From: Phoronis australis
Taxonomy: Eukaryota; Animalia; Phoronida
Assembly: GCA_002633005.1 (NCBI GenBank)
Contig: NMRA01000027.1
Span: forward strand, 595,265 to 659,264
Reading direction: 5' to 3'
Length of the DNA stretch: 64,000 nt
The notes beneath the pieces were generated by a model that saw only the letters and a program-made list of their open reading frames with translations, ran no database searches and had not been told where the DNA came from. Position numbers and translations under genes: made by a program. Positions 27,801 to 38,665 of this stretch are shown here, piece by piece (position 1 is the first letter of the stretch; each line of letters starts with the position of its first letter).

Positions 27801-30800
27801 AGCCACTTAATATGAATGCATTCAACACAATTAATGCACTGTAAAAACCAAGTTATGTTCTATCAAAATTAGACAAAATCAGTACACCCCTTCCTAAAAA
27901 ATGGGTTAAAAGTTAGAAACAAAGGACACAAGTTTCCATCACTTGTAACGTCGATTTTCCACATTGATGTTGGGGAGAAACATCGGTCTGGGGACAGCAA
28001 CACGTAATCATACGAAGGCGATGATTTTCGAAATTTGATTAGTTTTTGTTGTATGTTGTTTTTCCCAACGGTTCAGGGTTACTTCTGAATCCAGTAACAA
28101 GAACTGAAAGATGCAGGGTTCGTGATAACGTTGGAGAACAGTAACATTTATATAAGATGTTACAACTGTCATCGACATTGTCATCTCCTCTGTTTTCATC
28201 AAGCTTTCCCAGATGAAAACTTGAATGAAAAGGACCTTCATTACTTGAGTGAGCATGGTATACGGTGTGATTTATGTTGAATTATTCAACGGTTCTTTTA
28301 AGAACCATTTCACGCTATACCTACAACCAACGGCCCTTTTAAGAGCCACTCAACTCTTCCCAGAAGAACTGCTCACTTGAGAATGTTGAATTATAAACAT
28401 GCAAAGGTTAAACTAGTCAAATCGTTGCAGAGGCGCATTTTTAATGAGAACAAAATTAATATTTTTCTAAACCAAAAACGTTATATAAGTATCTTTTGCA
28501 TTCACAGGTACTCCTTGGAATTTGTGCACAAACATTCTATCGTAGTTTTCTCAGCAGGCCTATGTGAACCATGAATCACAAACTGTCCGTCGATAACTAT
28601 GCTGCTATGTTATTGCCAGTATTGGGCAAGCAGACGACATTATCAGCCAGCACCAAAGTTTGAATTTTGTAATTAATTACCAGTAGCATTGCCAAAAGTA
28701 CTCACGATACCAACACTTCTACTATTGAAAGACTTTGAACAGCGTTTCAATGTTGAAATAAATATTTTTTTCGTTGTACTGGACAGTAGAGTAAATGCAA
28801 ATATTTCTCGTCAAAATACACTAACCGGAAACTGCACCAGAAAATTTAAGAGAGTGGTGGCGTTTCTTGGCTAGCACGAACGAAAATGTCGGAGTTGCAA
28901 ATATGTTGTCTATAATCAATGTTCGCATGTACACGTTCAAGGACTGGGCGCTTATTTCAGCAGTCTGAAAACGCGTTGGGGGCGCATATAGGGGCATGGG
29001 CGGTTATTACAGCGAATATGGTAATTAAGTGCATGAAAGTGACTTTTGTTTGACCCACTAAGTTTGTATACAAACAGAGAAAAATCAATGTTGAATTATT
29101 CTTCATAGCCTTGTTCAAATCTGCCCAGACAGGGTCGAAAAGTAGGACGCTCAAATTAGCATAAGACTGATAACAGAAGCCTGAGTGGATGGTTGCATGA
29201 AACAGTCCCAAATACGGACTCAACAAGTTCCCTAATTTTTTTTGTGTATTTATTTCGTCCTTTACTCACAGGTGTGATATTTTTTCTATTACCCTATCTT
29301 TATTGTGAGCTCTTCTTTAATTATGACATTTCCTGATAATAAGACCGTTAAGCCAGCAAGGGAAAGATCTAAAGACCCGGGCAGAGACAGAATAATCAGT
29401 GAGGTTAGATCATCAGAGAACGAAGAAAGGTACGCCCGAGCAGTCCAGATGGGCCAACAGGGAGCATGGACAAAGTGGGACAAAGTCTTACAAAGGGAAG
29501 TCAAGTGGGCTGATTTGTGGAAGATGTCTCCTCTGAAAGCCAAATTCCTCATCTGTTTACGATGTACTGCCTACTCCCAGCAACCTTGCTACTTGGGGCC
29601 TTGGTGACAACCCATGCTGTATTCAGTGTGGACGCAGATGTACGTTAGAGCACATCCTATCATCTTGCAGCGCGTCCTTGGCATCAGGACAGTACACTTG
29701 CCGACACAACCAAGGGTGTTGGTCGACGAGGTCAAGAGCAAACCGAAGCCGAGAAGCCACCGTGTCGAATTCATCAATTTCGTAAGAAGTGGTGATGAGG
29801 CGAGTAAAAGGAAGACCCCAGTGCAGAAAGGCATCCTGCACACAGCCAACGGCTGGAGAGTGTGGGCAGACCTTGCCGGTCACCAGTCATTCTTCCCTCA
29901 ACACATTGTCCAGACGACCCAGCACACTGACTTGGTTATTTACTCGGACAGTTCCCACCAGGTCATCTTAATTGAGCTCACCATTCCGTGGGAGAGTAGG
30001 GTGGAAGAGGCACACGAGCGAAAGAACTTGAAGTATGCAGACCTGAGGAATGACTGTCATGTTAACGGCTGGAGATGTTGGAGTTTTCCTGTGGAGGTCG
30101 GCTGCCGGGGTTTTCCAGCCAGTTCGGTCATTAGAAGAAGGCTCTGCCACGCGACGTAGCCACAGAAGCTGAACAGGCATCTTGTTGGATTTGGATGAAA
30201 TACCAACAGCAACACCACCAACAACCGTCAGACAGAGCCTGATCAACTTCGTTGTCCCGCCTACTAGAGATGGTCTTGGTTTAGGGACGAAACCATTAAG
30301 GACAGTAGGAGACCAACTGAAGATGGCGGTTGAGCACAGTTCCATCAAGTGTTTAAAGTAAGTTCAGGCAGTGCCAGAGTTAGCCACANGGTGGCGACGG
30401 GGCACTGCCGGGAATCGACACAGACGGAATGGCATCCTTCTTCAAGCGTTGTTTCGCGGGGACCTTCATCAGTTCAGCGTACAAATCCCTTTCGTAATCG
30501 GACGGCAGAAAGTGCTTGCCACACACACGGTAATTCTCCACTGCTCTGTACGTTGCGTGGACGGGTAACGCTGCGTTCTTCACACGAACGAGCCAAGTAC
30601 GGCGAAGTGTGTCATCCATCGGAAAGCGATGCAAAGGTACTCCCAAAGCACGCGTGAGCCGATAATTAGTACATCCTGGTACGCATCAACAGTGTGTCAT
30701 GTTGACTGACTAGTAAATGAAAGCAAACGACGACGGAACTTAACACAACCGAGGTAGAACAATGACTGACTCGGCAGCTCTCACAGTCGGACTGTATGAA

Positions 30801-33800
30801 AAGAAATTGGCGCGAAATGCTTGCCTCCTAAAACGTCACTTCCGGAGTAGCGGACGAGTAATTAATAAAATTACGAAAAGCTGTAATTAAGTGGAAAATA
30901 TGCCTAGGATAACCAACCAACCTTATTTTAGCTCAAAATGACATGGAGAAAGGTTGCCTTCGCCTTTAAGAACCATTTCACGCTATACCTAAGGCTCATG
31001 CACAGTACAACCAACGGCCATTTTAAGGGCCACTCAACTCATCCCAGAAGAACTGCTCCCTTGAGAATGTTGAATTATAAACATGCAAAGGTTAAACTAG
31101 TCAAATCGTTGCAGAGGCGCATTTTTTAATGAGAACAAAATTAGTATTTTTCTAAACCAAAAACGTTATAAGTATCTTTTGCATTCACAGGTACTCCTTG
31201 GAATTTGTGCACAAACATGCTCTCGTAGTTTTCTCAGCAGGCCTATGTGAACCATAAATCACAAACTGTCCGTCGATAACTATGCTGCTATGCTATTGCC
31301 AGTATTGGGCAAGCAGACGACAATCAGTCAGCACCGAAGTTTGAATTTTGTAATTAATTACCAGTAGCATTGCCAAAAGTACTCACGATACCAACACTTC
31401 TACTATTGAAAGACTGAACAGCGTTTCAATATTGAAATAAATATTTTTTTCGTTGTACTGGACAGTAAAGTAAATGCAAATATTTCTCGACAAAATACAC
31501 TAACCGGAAACTGCACCAGAAAATTTAAGAGAGTGGAGGCGCCTCTTGGCTAGCACGAACGAAAATGTCGGAGTTGCAAATATGTTGTCTGTAATCTATG
31601 TTCGCATGTACACGTTCAAGGACTGGGCGCTTATTTCAGCAAAGTCTGAAAACGCGTGGGGGGGCACTTATAGGGGCATGGGCGGTTATTACGGCGAATA
31701 CGGTAATGTAAGTGCATGAAAGTGACTTTTGTTTGACCCACTAAGTCTGTATACAAACAGAGAAAAATCAATGTTGAATTATTCTTCATAGCCTTGTTCA
31801 AATCTGCCCAGACAGGGTCAAAAAGTAGGACGCTCAAATTAGCATAAGACTGATAACAGAAGCCCGAGTGGATGGTTGCATGAAACAGTCCCAAATACGG
31901 ACTAAACTAAGTTCCCTAATTTTTTTGTGTATTTATTTCGTCCTTTACTCACAGGTGTGATATTTTTCCTATTACTCTATCTTTATTGTGTGCTCTTCTT
32001 TAATTAATGACATTTCCTGATAATAAGACCGTTAAGCCAGCAAGGGAAAGATCTAAAGACCCGGGCAGAGACAGAATAATCAGTGAGGTTAGATCATCAC
32101 AGAACGAAGAAAGGTACGCCCGAGCAGTCCAGATGGGCCAACAGGGAGCATGGACAAAGTGGGACAAAGTCTTACAAAGGGAAGTCAAGTGGGCTGATTT
32201 GTGGAAGATGTCTCCACTGAAAGCCAAATTCCTCATTAGATCTGTTTACGGCGTTCTGCCTACTCCCAGCAACCTTGCTACTTGGGGCCTTGCTGACAAC
32301 CCGAGCTGTATTCAGTGTGGACGCAGAAGTAGTTTAGAGCACATCCTATCATCTTGCAGCGCGTCCTTGGCATCAGGACGGTACACTTGCCCACACAACC
32401 AGGTACTAAAAGTTTTTGCAAGGGTGTTGGTCGACGAGGTCAAGAGCAAACCGAAGCCGAGAAGCCACTGCGTCGAATTCATCAATTTCGTAAGAAGTGG
32501 TGATCAGGCGAGTAAAAGGAAGACCCCAGCGCAGAAAGGCATCCTGCACACAGCCAACGACTGGAGAGAGTGTGCAGACCTTGCCGGTCACCAGTCCTTC
32601 TTCCCTCAACACATTGTCCAGACGACCCAGCGCCCTGACTTGGTTATTTACTCGGTACAGTTCCCACCAGGTCATCCTGATTGAGCTCACTATCCCGTGG
32701 GAGAGTAGGGTGGAAGAGGCACACGAGCGAAAGAACTTGAAGTATGCAGACCTTAGGAATGACTGTCATGTTAACGGCTGGAGATGTTGGAGTTTTCCTG
32801 TGGAGGTCGGCTGCCGGGGTTTTCCAGCCAGTTCGGTTATTAGAAGAAGGCTCTGCCACGCGACGTAGCCACAGAAGCTGAACAGGCATCTTGTTGGATT
32901 TGGATGAAATACCAACAGCAACACAACCAACAACCGTCAGACAGAGCCTGATCAACTTTGTTGTCCCGCCTTCTAGAGATGGTCTTGGTTTAGGGACGAA
33001 ACCATTAAGGACAGTAGGAGACCAACTGAAGATGGCGGTTGAGCACAGTGCCATCAAGTGTTTAAAGTAAGTTCAGGCAGTGCCAGAGTTAGCCACAATG
33101 AGCTTCAGAAACACAGTTCCAATGATTTGTATTGACAAAGTAACTAGCTTAAGACCACCTGCTACTGAGGCGCATGCACAGCCTACTTGAGACTATATGT
33201 GACTTCAACAGTATCCCGGGATGCGCCAGTGGGAGTTTCTAATAACATTTTGTGATCAGAATTACGGATGCCATTAACACATGTCAAAGAACAAAGAAAC
33301 TGGTCACATTCTAGGGCAAATAATCGCTTTCTCTAATGGCATACATTATTTTGTTTTTACTTAAGCAGTAATTCTGTAAAATTTCTTTTGGAAAACAACA
33401 AAAAAATCACCGAGTTGCCACTTGGCCCTTCCTAGCAATGTCTTGTTGCTTTAAGGCACTTTAATATGCAAACAATAACACACCAGAACTGAGTTCCTTG
33501 CAGAATAATAGTAAAATTGCAGAAAACCAGAAGTGTTCACTAGCCTCTTGAAACTTAAATATTGGTGAGTGTTCTGACAAACGCATTTAATCAAAACTTA
33601 TCACCAATACATGCACGTCACACCATAGGTCGTGATCACAGGATATGCATTGCACGCACGTGTGGCCTTCACTGTTTTAATGTGCATGGAAACAACGAAA
33701 TATAAAAATTACACAACACGCACATTTTTAATTCAAATTAAATAATGTATTATTCACCTGTTTTCGTGCAGCGGGACACCTCACAAATGCGTCCCAATAC

Positions 33801-33823
33801 TTGCGTAGTTGGTCCAGCAGCAT
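641..33823 (-). CDS. LYST: Lysosomal trafficking regulator (LYST/Beige/CHS1), N-terminal part; multi-exon, 3' end outside window
   Basis: Six AG..GT exons join with matching phases (0,2,0,1,0). Translation matches remembered LYST motifs: LATVFMTDIHEIC..LRSYLLSGRGWLIL (human LAREFLTDVNRLC..LGQYLVHGRGFLLL), LVSLLPVCFK, KKTKVDYVHNVTCLKHRHRKCDFTQFRHHHHDILG (human [35 protein letters not shown]), GICCCVSP, LLLDQCGG. Confidence 0.92.
1263..1482. repeat. 18-bp minisatellite (ATGGAGACCATAGTTTGT) x about 12
   Basis: Directly visible; explains the METIVC and MVSIQT ORFs. Confidence 0.97.
1650..4330 (-). CDS. LYST: LYST large coding exon 5 (2681 nt, about 893 codons)
   Basis: Covers the 863-aa ORF extended upstream to a cattccag acceptor; AAG|gtgtgt donor at 1649; contains the LYST His/Cys-rich motifs. 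Confidence 0.93.
6007..6103 (-). CDS. LYST: LYST coding exon 4: NISCAKDLAEVLVSLLPVCFKFAHKMPDTDKQ
   Basis: ttcttcttacag acceptor, AAG|gtttgt donor, 97 nt, phase 0 to 1; aligns to human [23 protein letters not shown]. Confidence 0.88.
9660..9870 (-). mobile_element. tRNA-derived SINE-like relic
   Basis: Minus strand reads TGGCCTAGTGG (A box) then GGTTTGAATCC (B box) at tRNA-like spacing, without an intact cloverleaf. Confidence 0.5.
10406..10571 (-). CDS. LYST: LYST coding exon 3 (copy 1): EMRGMSGILATVFMTDIHEIC...WVGVH
   Basis: ttctttcag acceptor, gtaagt donor; homologous to the vertebrate LYST N-terminus. Confidence 0.88.
11852..12017 (-). CDS. LYST: LYST coding exon 3, duplicate copy (probably the other haplotype)
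   Basis: Same exon sequence offset by 1446 bp, inside the duplication next to the N at 11844. It starts in phase 2 and ends in phase 0, so including both copies would frameshift. Confidence 0.6.
15174..15362. repeat. About 93-bp tandem duplication
   Basis: CAGAA.GAATTGCTGTCTGTA.CTTTAAATAATGGATTA...CCTGAATTGTTGCGGACAACAG occurs twice. Confidence 0.85.
15658..17120 (+). mobile_element. Non-autonomous Tc1/mariner-pogo-like DNA transposon (TA TSD, CCGTA TIRs) carrying a HIRAN-like gene
   Basis: TA|CCGTATT..TAATAAGCACCC at left and GGGCGCTTATTAGGGTGAATACGG|TA at right; homologous copies start at 24496 and 26885. Confidence 0.8.
16650..16989 (+). pseudogene. HIRAN-like domain gene, frameshifted, inside the transposon
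   Basis: SIRGFNVYKEVWIPAEGEDL from 16677, then a frameshift to NLFDKYAA..IIGHVPRKISKTFAFF..LQIP..FSG..IDKVKTLL. This fits the standalone HIRAN pattern RG.HVY..W.P..GE.L...N..D.YAV...VGHVP. Confidence 0.75.
18473..18878 (-). mobile_element. 406-bp MITE of the THAP/P-like family
   Basis: CATAGACTA..TAGTCTATG termini; both ends match the ends of the 25799-28921 element; 7-bp TSD attcaat/attaaat (6/7). Confidence 0.8.
20455..22500 (-). mobile_element. Helentron-like non-autonomous (HINE) elements with internal imperfect tandem repeats (ends at about 20455 and 21040)
   Basis: ACAAGAG-CAATGC-GGA-GCATTG hairpin plus ATGCATCCAC subterminal motif; repeated ~300-bp internal units with GCCACTAGG; homologous to 35419-36460 and 40051-41613. 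Confidence 0.6.
24013..24296. repeat. 29-bp minisatellite (GTGCATTGCATAGAGCACAGATACACTG) x about 10
   Basis: Directly visible; source of the MHQCICAL-type ORFs. Confidence 0.95.
24378..24466 (-). CDS. LYST: LYST coding exon 2: KKTQRLDKFLTTCAIVMKQASSRSNITQFA
   Basis: tgtttcag acceptor, gtaagt donor, 89 nt, phase 0 to 2; bridges exactly to the exon starting at 10571. Confidence 0.75.
25949..26140 (+). pseudogene. THAP zinc-finger N-terminus of a degenerate transposase
   Basis: CVAGC..IRFHTI..W..LYICSKHFEDEC is a THAP C2CH signature, located just inside the left TIR. Confidence 0.75.
26885..27143 (+). mobile_element. Truncated third copy (left end) of the CCGTA-TIR family, nested in the P-like element
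   Basis: TA|CCATATTCGCCCTAATAAGC, then high similarity to 15670-15915. Confidence 0.75.
29323..30350 (+). mobile_element. 5'-truncated RLE-clade non-LTR retrotransposon (HERO-like), copy 1
   Basis: QQGAWTKWD..WADLWKM, DLVIYS..VILIELTIPWE..EAHERK..KY..PVEVGCRGF; frameshifted. Confidence 0.82.
30390..30965 (-). mobile_element. Kolobok-like DNA transposon 5' end with THAP ORF (ATG at 30700, premature TGA at codon 5), truncated by N
   Basis: TTAA|AGGCGAAGGCAACC terminus; MTHC*CVPGC..HRFP..W..VCGKHF..DYERDLYAELM..RLKKDAIPS is a THAP domain. Confidence 0.78.
32007..33060 (+). mobile_element. HERO-like RLE non-LTR retrotransposon fragment, copy 2
   Basis: LIRSVYGVLPTPSNL..W, CCHC knuckle CIQC..LEHILSSC, RPDLVI and IELTIPWE restriction-like endonuclease motifs, C-terminal EAEQASCWIW. 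Confidence 0.85.
33758..33823 (-). CDS. LYST: LYST first coding exon (exon 33758-33863, ATG at 33823): MLLDQLRKYWDAFVRCPAARKQ
   Basis: tttcag acceptor ending at 33864, Kozak-like GACGCCATG, CAG|gtgaat donor; 22 codons, phase 0. Confidence 0.72.
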
Positions 33824-35418
33824 GGCGTCTCACATCCTCTACCTTACTCACTAGAGAGCATATCTGAAACAAGTCAGTGGGCTGAACTTCATTCAGTCAA
33901 CTCAGGGGATATCAGTTTTATGGCTTCCACTTATAAATCGAGATTCAGGTAAACAAGTGTGTTCACTAAAGATTACATACTAAATCCTCGCAATAGTGAA
34001 GCACATCACACAGGAGAAAGTACAAGAGCACCCCCGAGATGACGCACTCCATTTGATACTCAAAATAGGAAAACTGAGATAGAAGTTTCACTAAAGAACG
34101 ATATATAACAGGTTCACTGTTTCATTTTGAAATCAGGGACTTCTTAAATTGATGGAGACAAATAAAGCATATCCACACCTCTCACTAGTGACTTTCTGAT
34201 TTTGGCCACTTTGAGCATGATTAGATGAGTTAGACCTAATTCGAAAGCTGTTGGCAGTTGTTGAATATATCTTATGAGAAACCAGTCATCGTGTTGAGTT
34301 CAGCTGAGCACAGCATAACAACAGTTCATGACTCCCGATGCTGCAGAAGTGATGAACTGTGGGCAAGAAGGTGCAGGAATCTTGCAATGAAATTTATCAG
34401 CAATGGGTGCAACATATGCAAACTAGTTTAGGTTTCGAGATGTACTTTGCAGGTCTAAGGGTAGTTGATAAGTCATATGTAACGCCTTTATCAACTGTTA
34501 CAGAACTGGTACAAGGCTCAAGAGAGAACGATTATCACCAGATAAGTGTTGCACTGGTATCATCAATATGAAACATTTGGCATTTTTTCAAAAAAGGGGG
34601 CGCAAGAGATGACCAAAAATGGCAGGTATATTCACAAAACACACTAACCAATAATCACTAACTTGGATAATAGAGCAGCCACCACCAGTCACAGCAGTCA
34701 AATATGTAGGAAAGCTGACTTGTATTGGCAAATTCCTACCACATAAGTTTCGTGAAAATTTGAAGTCGTTTTGACAATAACCAAAAGTTAATATCTTGTC
34801 AAAAATCAAAATGGACAATAGGAGGTTAGCTGAATTCATCTGGAAATCACCATACCCATATATACCCATTATCTCTGTCTCAAAGTTCATCAAAATCTGG
34901 CAAATGACGGACAAGAAAATCCTGCTGAAAACTAATATGTCCAACAGCCACAGTGCTGCAGTCAGATCTGCACAAAAATCAACTAGTGCTGGCGCATCCC
35001 TACCACATACCCCTATGTCAAGTTTCATAAAATCTGACATCATTTCAACAATGATTGACAGACAAGCAAAACCTCCAGCAAGGAGTTCCATATCAGTTAA
35101 ATTTGTCTAAAAATTGAACTGATATCGGAGCATCTCAGTCATAAACCTCTATATTATATCAAGTTTCATCAATGCCTTTCAGTATATTGCAAAAATAATT
35201 AACGGCTGAGGAAAATCCAGCTGAAAAACATAATTGACAACATTGGGTGTGATTGTTTTCTAAATGCAACAGATGGCACCACTTTCCCACCACATACCTC
35301 CTCATCAAGCTTTGACGAAATTCCTCAACTCATTTTTCAGAAAAAGGACACACAAGAATTGTTTGCAAAAAACTAAAATGATCAACAGGAGCTACTAGAA
35401 TTTAGTCAACTATATCCA

Positions 35419-36460
35419 AAACAAGAGCAAAGCGGAGCACTGATATGCATCCACCCTTTGCACTGCATGCAGTTTAAAACATTATCTCTACAGGAAGTAA
35501 TGCTAGTAAATCAAATAGCCTGTAGGGGAATACAAAGCAAGCCAGCAAACCTGTCCTCAATGATTATTCAAATGCTTTGGGGATAGGAGAAGGGCAACAA
35601 AAACAAACAGAAGAAATAAGGCCACTAGGGGGCAGAACGTAAGTCCTATCTGTCTGTCTGAAGCAGGGCTTGTGCTGTCATTGATGTGATAGTAACTTAT
35701 TTGCCATATTTCATGAACATACATCAAGGAACTTGTTGCCAGGTTAGAATCAAAATTCACACCAGTTGTACTCGGCTCAATAAAAACACTAACAAATTTC
35801 ACGGAGATCCAAGGAAGTTAGTCTATCAACCACAGGAGAGGAACTCCAAAGATACAGATTAAACAGAAAAACAAATTGCGACCGGTGGGAGGGGGCATCT
35901 AATGGGAGTCGGATCAATTTCAAAGTAGTCACCATCTGTTATCACCTTTGCCATACTTAACAAAGATCATACACAAGGTTTTAAAATAGAAGATACAGCC
36001 ACTGGTACAAAAACCAAATGTACCACTAGGGGGAGCCACACTATCGGGAGTCATCCAAAATAATCATCAGCCATGCTCTCTGCAATTGAAACACACATGC
36101 AAATTTTCATAAAAACAGTATAAATGGCCACAAGGTGGTGCAGAATACCTTGAATCTAGCCGAAAGCAAGAAGGTCGCATGGTCTCCATAACTGATACCT
36201 ATATACAAAATTTCATGAATGCATAAACAAACTTTGAAGATCAAAGAGGCAAATGTATAAAACTAAAACTGTCACTAGGGGACATAACAGTAGTGGGATG
36301 TAAATTAACCTGTGCCATACAACAATAGTAACACAACTGCCAAGTTTCAATTTTATCCAGGGTTTTTGAGTAAAAGCAGTGGATAGTGTTCATACACCAG
36401 ACATACATAGGACATAGAGATGAATGGGGACGATAGCATAATACATGTGGGTGCATAAAT
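35419..36460 (-). mobile_element. Helentron-like (HINE) element
   Basis: AACAAGAGC end, subterminal inverted repeat ATGCATCCAC (35445) / GTGGGTGCAT (36447), same internal units as the other copies. Confidence 0.6.
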
Positions 36461-37019
36461 AAGGTGTGCCCGTGCATTCCCACCCCATACCTCTTGAAAC
36501 ATGGTTAAATAGGGCATGGAAACTATGTACTTTAAGTCAAAGACAGGAATTTTCTGGGTGCGCAAGCCGTTTTTTAAGTCCACCACTGCTTTCAGTTATT
36601 GGTGAACGTTTGTAAGTCTGGCCCTGTGGGTCGGCATACTGATTATTTTTTCAAAACCTGTTTCATGCTTTTTCTGGCAAAATTGCCAAAAAAGGGTAGG
36701 TCTACAACAAGTTACCTTTTCCAACTAAACAAATCTACAAAAATTCAATTTTAACTAATTGTTAAAAGTTTGCAAATGATATATTCATTGATGACAAGAT
36801 ATTGCATCTGTTCTTTGTTTAGTGCTAGATGGTCCAAGAGTTTGTCTGGTCCAACAATTTCTATAGAACAAAACCCAATGAAATATTTGTCATGGAAGCT
36901 CCCGACAACGAACGGACACCTTTTTTAGAGTCCACTCTGTAAATGGATGAGCAGCTTCAATTTTCCCATTGCATCCCACCCCCAACTTAACCCCACGACA
37001 AAATAATCAAGTACCCCTC

Positions 37020-37381
37020 TTGCAGCCCTAACAGATGCCTGCGCCAAACTCATTTGGCGCATTTCAATTTGGTGCGGATTGGTGAGCCAAACTGATGCTT
37101 GCGCCAAACTAAAGTTTCCATAAGTTCCTAATTTACTGGCAGTGCTTAATGGACTTTTTTAAGGGTTACCGGAACTGAAATTGATGAGAGTACTCACGTA
37201 TGCAGGTCGTAAGGCTTAATCACACTGGGGAAGTGTCCTGAGAAAAAAAAATGATGCACCGCTTCGCACTCATAATTGTCGTTAATTTAGGTTCTGATAA
37301 CCGTAAAGAAAAAACAACCCTATCGAAGACAAATTGAAATGTGCCAAATCAGTCTGGCACAGGCATCTGTTAGGTCTGCAA
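37020..37381. mobile_element. MITE with about 52-bp TIRs
   Basis: TTGCAGCCCTAACAGATGCCTGCGCCAAACT..ATTTCAATTTG and its inverted copy at 37330-37381; imperfect 8-bp flanks tacccctc/cacccccc. Confidence 0.8.
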
Positions 37382-38269
37382 CACCCCCCATGAATTTGCG
37401 AGTTCGTGAATTGAATTCGGGTCACTGATCTGGGTACTATATTAGTGAGGATTCAATTATGTTAAAACGAATGAGTCATGTTTTCCAGTAGTCGGAGACT
37501 CTTGCAATTAAATCCATTAAAACCACTGTCATAATTTTTCATGCTGTACAGTCTATGTTCGACTTTTTCGCAGCCAGTTAGACTCAAATGTGTTTTACAC
37601 ACTATCAGTGATATTTTAGTGAGAAATTCAAGGAAATACAAATGCATTGAAATATTTCATAAGTGTCGAACGTCAAACCCATGACCTTTCGGACAATGAA
37701 CTAAAGCATGACAGACAGCTTATCAAATGAATCATGAATGGGACATTCATTCACTCAGTCATAGCACACTGACACGACACCACGAAGTTGTGCGCGGAGA
37801 CCCAACAGTCTTCGCCACACCATAAACCACGTAGTTTTCAATTATTTCATAGAAAAAACAGAACTATCACAATATTGTCAGCTCCAACCAAGACTAACTT
37901 CAACCTCAAATACCTGTCGAAAAGAACAAAACTGTGACAGTAATTTCACATGATATGAACATGAACATGGTACTGTGTCTCTCAGGAATACAATGACTTA
38001 CCAACGTGTTTCCTTGAAGTAACAGCAAAGATATAACCGGTGAAAAAGACACAGCAGCAGGTCACAGCAAAAGTGACCTGCTGTGTAAATGAGTGAAGCC
38101 TCTATCTCAAACATGTTGTTGAGAGATGAATGAAACCCATGACATAGAACTGACACATGTTGTCGCTGAATAGAAATTACGTAAGCCTATTACTTGGCGT
38201 TACTAGTGAATACTCGCTACCCAGTCCAACGCCGACAACAGGATGCAGTTTAAATAGAGTCAGCATAAT

Positions 38270-38665
38270 AACCCGGAAACTTTCTATACTTACGTGTCAG
38301 GAATTTAGCATATTCCCGATGGTGTTCCAGTTTTTCGCCAGAATATTTAGCAAGTCACGGAAGTCACACTTCTGACCTTTCAACTTTACTGTGGGGAAAC
38401 AGAAGTTTTAAAAGGGGCAGGAAAAACGAAAAACACGAAATACGTCAATTGCTTGAAGATGGAGTTTTTCTCTTACTGGTATTTTTTTTACAGTTTTTAC
38501 TTAAAATAACTGTTATTAATCTAAAAATACTGAATAAAACTTCTTTTTATATAACTTAATCTTTAATTTGAATCTGTGTTGAATCTCATTTTTATCACCT
38601 TAGATGGTGTTTAAAACACGACACCACGAGACGGCGCTCTCCTAGGAAGTAAACTTTGAACTTTG
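38270..38665. promoter_or_regulatory. Probable bidirectional promoter of LYST and ECH1, including a LYST non-coding first exon (minus-strand donor at 38293)
   Basis: Minus-strand gtaagt donors at 38293 and 38001. ETS-like CCGGAA, CGGAAGT and GGAAGT at about 38273, 38358 and 38645. The ECH1 ATG is under 400 bp from the 38293 donor. Confidence 0.6.

Larger units (their letters stand above)
25799..28921 (+). mobile_element. THAP-encoding P-superfamily-like DNA transposon, degenerate
   Basis: CATAGACTATAG left end, ..GTCTATAATCAATG right end (GTCTGTAATCTATG in the duplicate copy), 7-bp TSD TTCGCAT at 25792-25798 and 28922-28928. Confidence 0.75.
24496..29021 (+). mobile_element. Second CCGTA-TIR/HIRAN element, interrupted by nested insertions
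   Basis: TA|CCGTATTCGCC left end; body collinear with 15658-17020 up to 25798; HIRAN remnant KVGHSRRE..AFFLKH..IVTAKYKRS..GGLQDPC at about 25580-25735; resumes at 28922 and ends GAATATGG|TA. Confidence 0.78.
28298..33097. repeat. About 2.1-kb duplication (28298-30388 / 30966-33097) around the N at 30389; probable second haplotype
   Basis: Collinear copies with SNPs and indels; copy 1 ends exactly at the N. Confidence 0.88.

Noticed and set aside
34588-35110. 167-aa and 104-aa ORFs
   Set aside because: They lie in diverged HINE-like repeat sequence with no recognisable domain or splice support.
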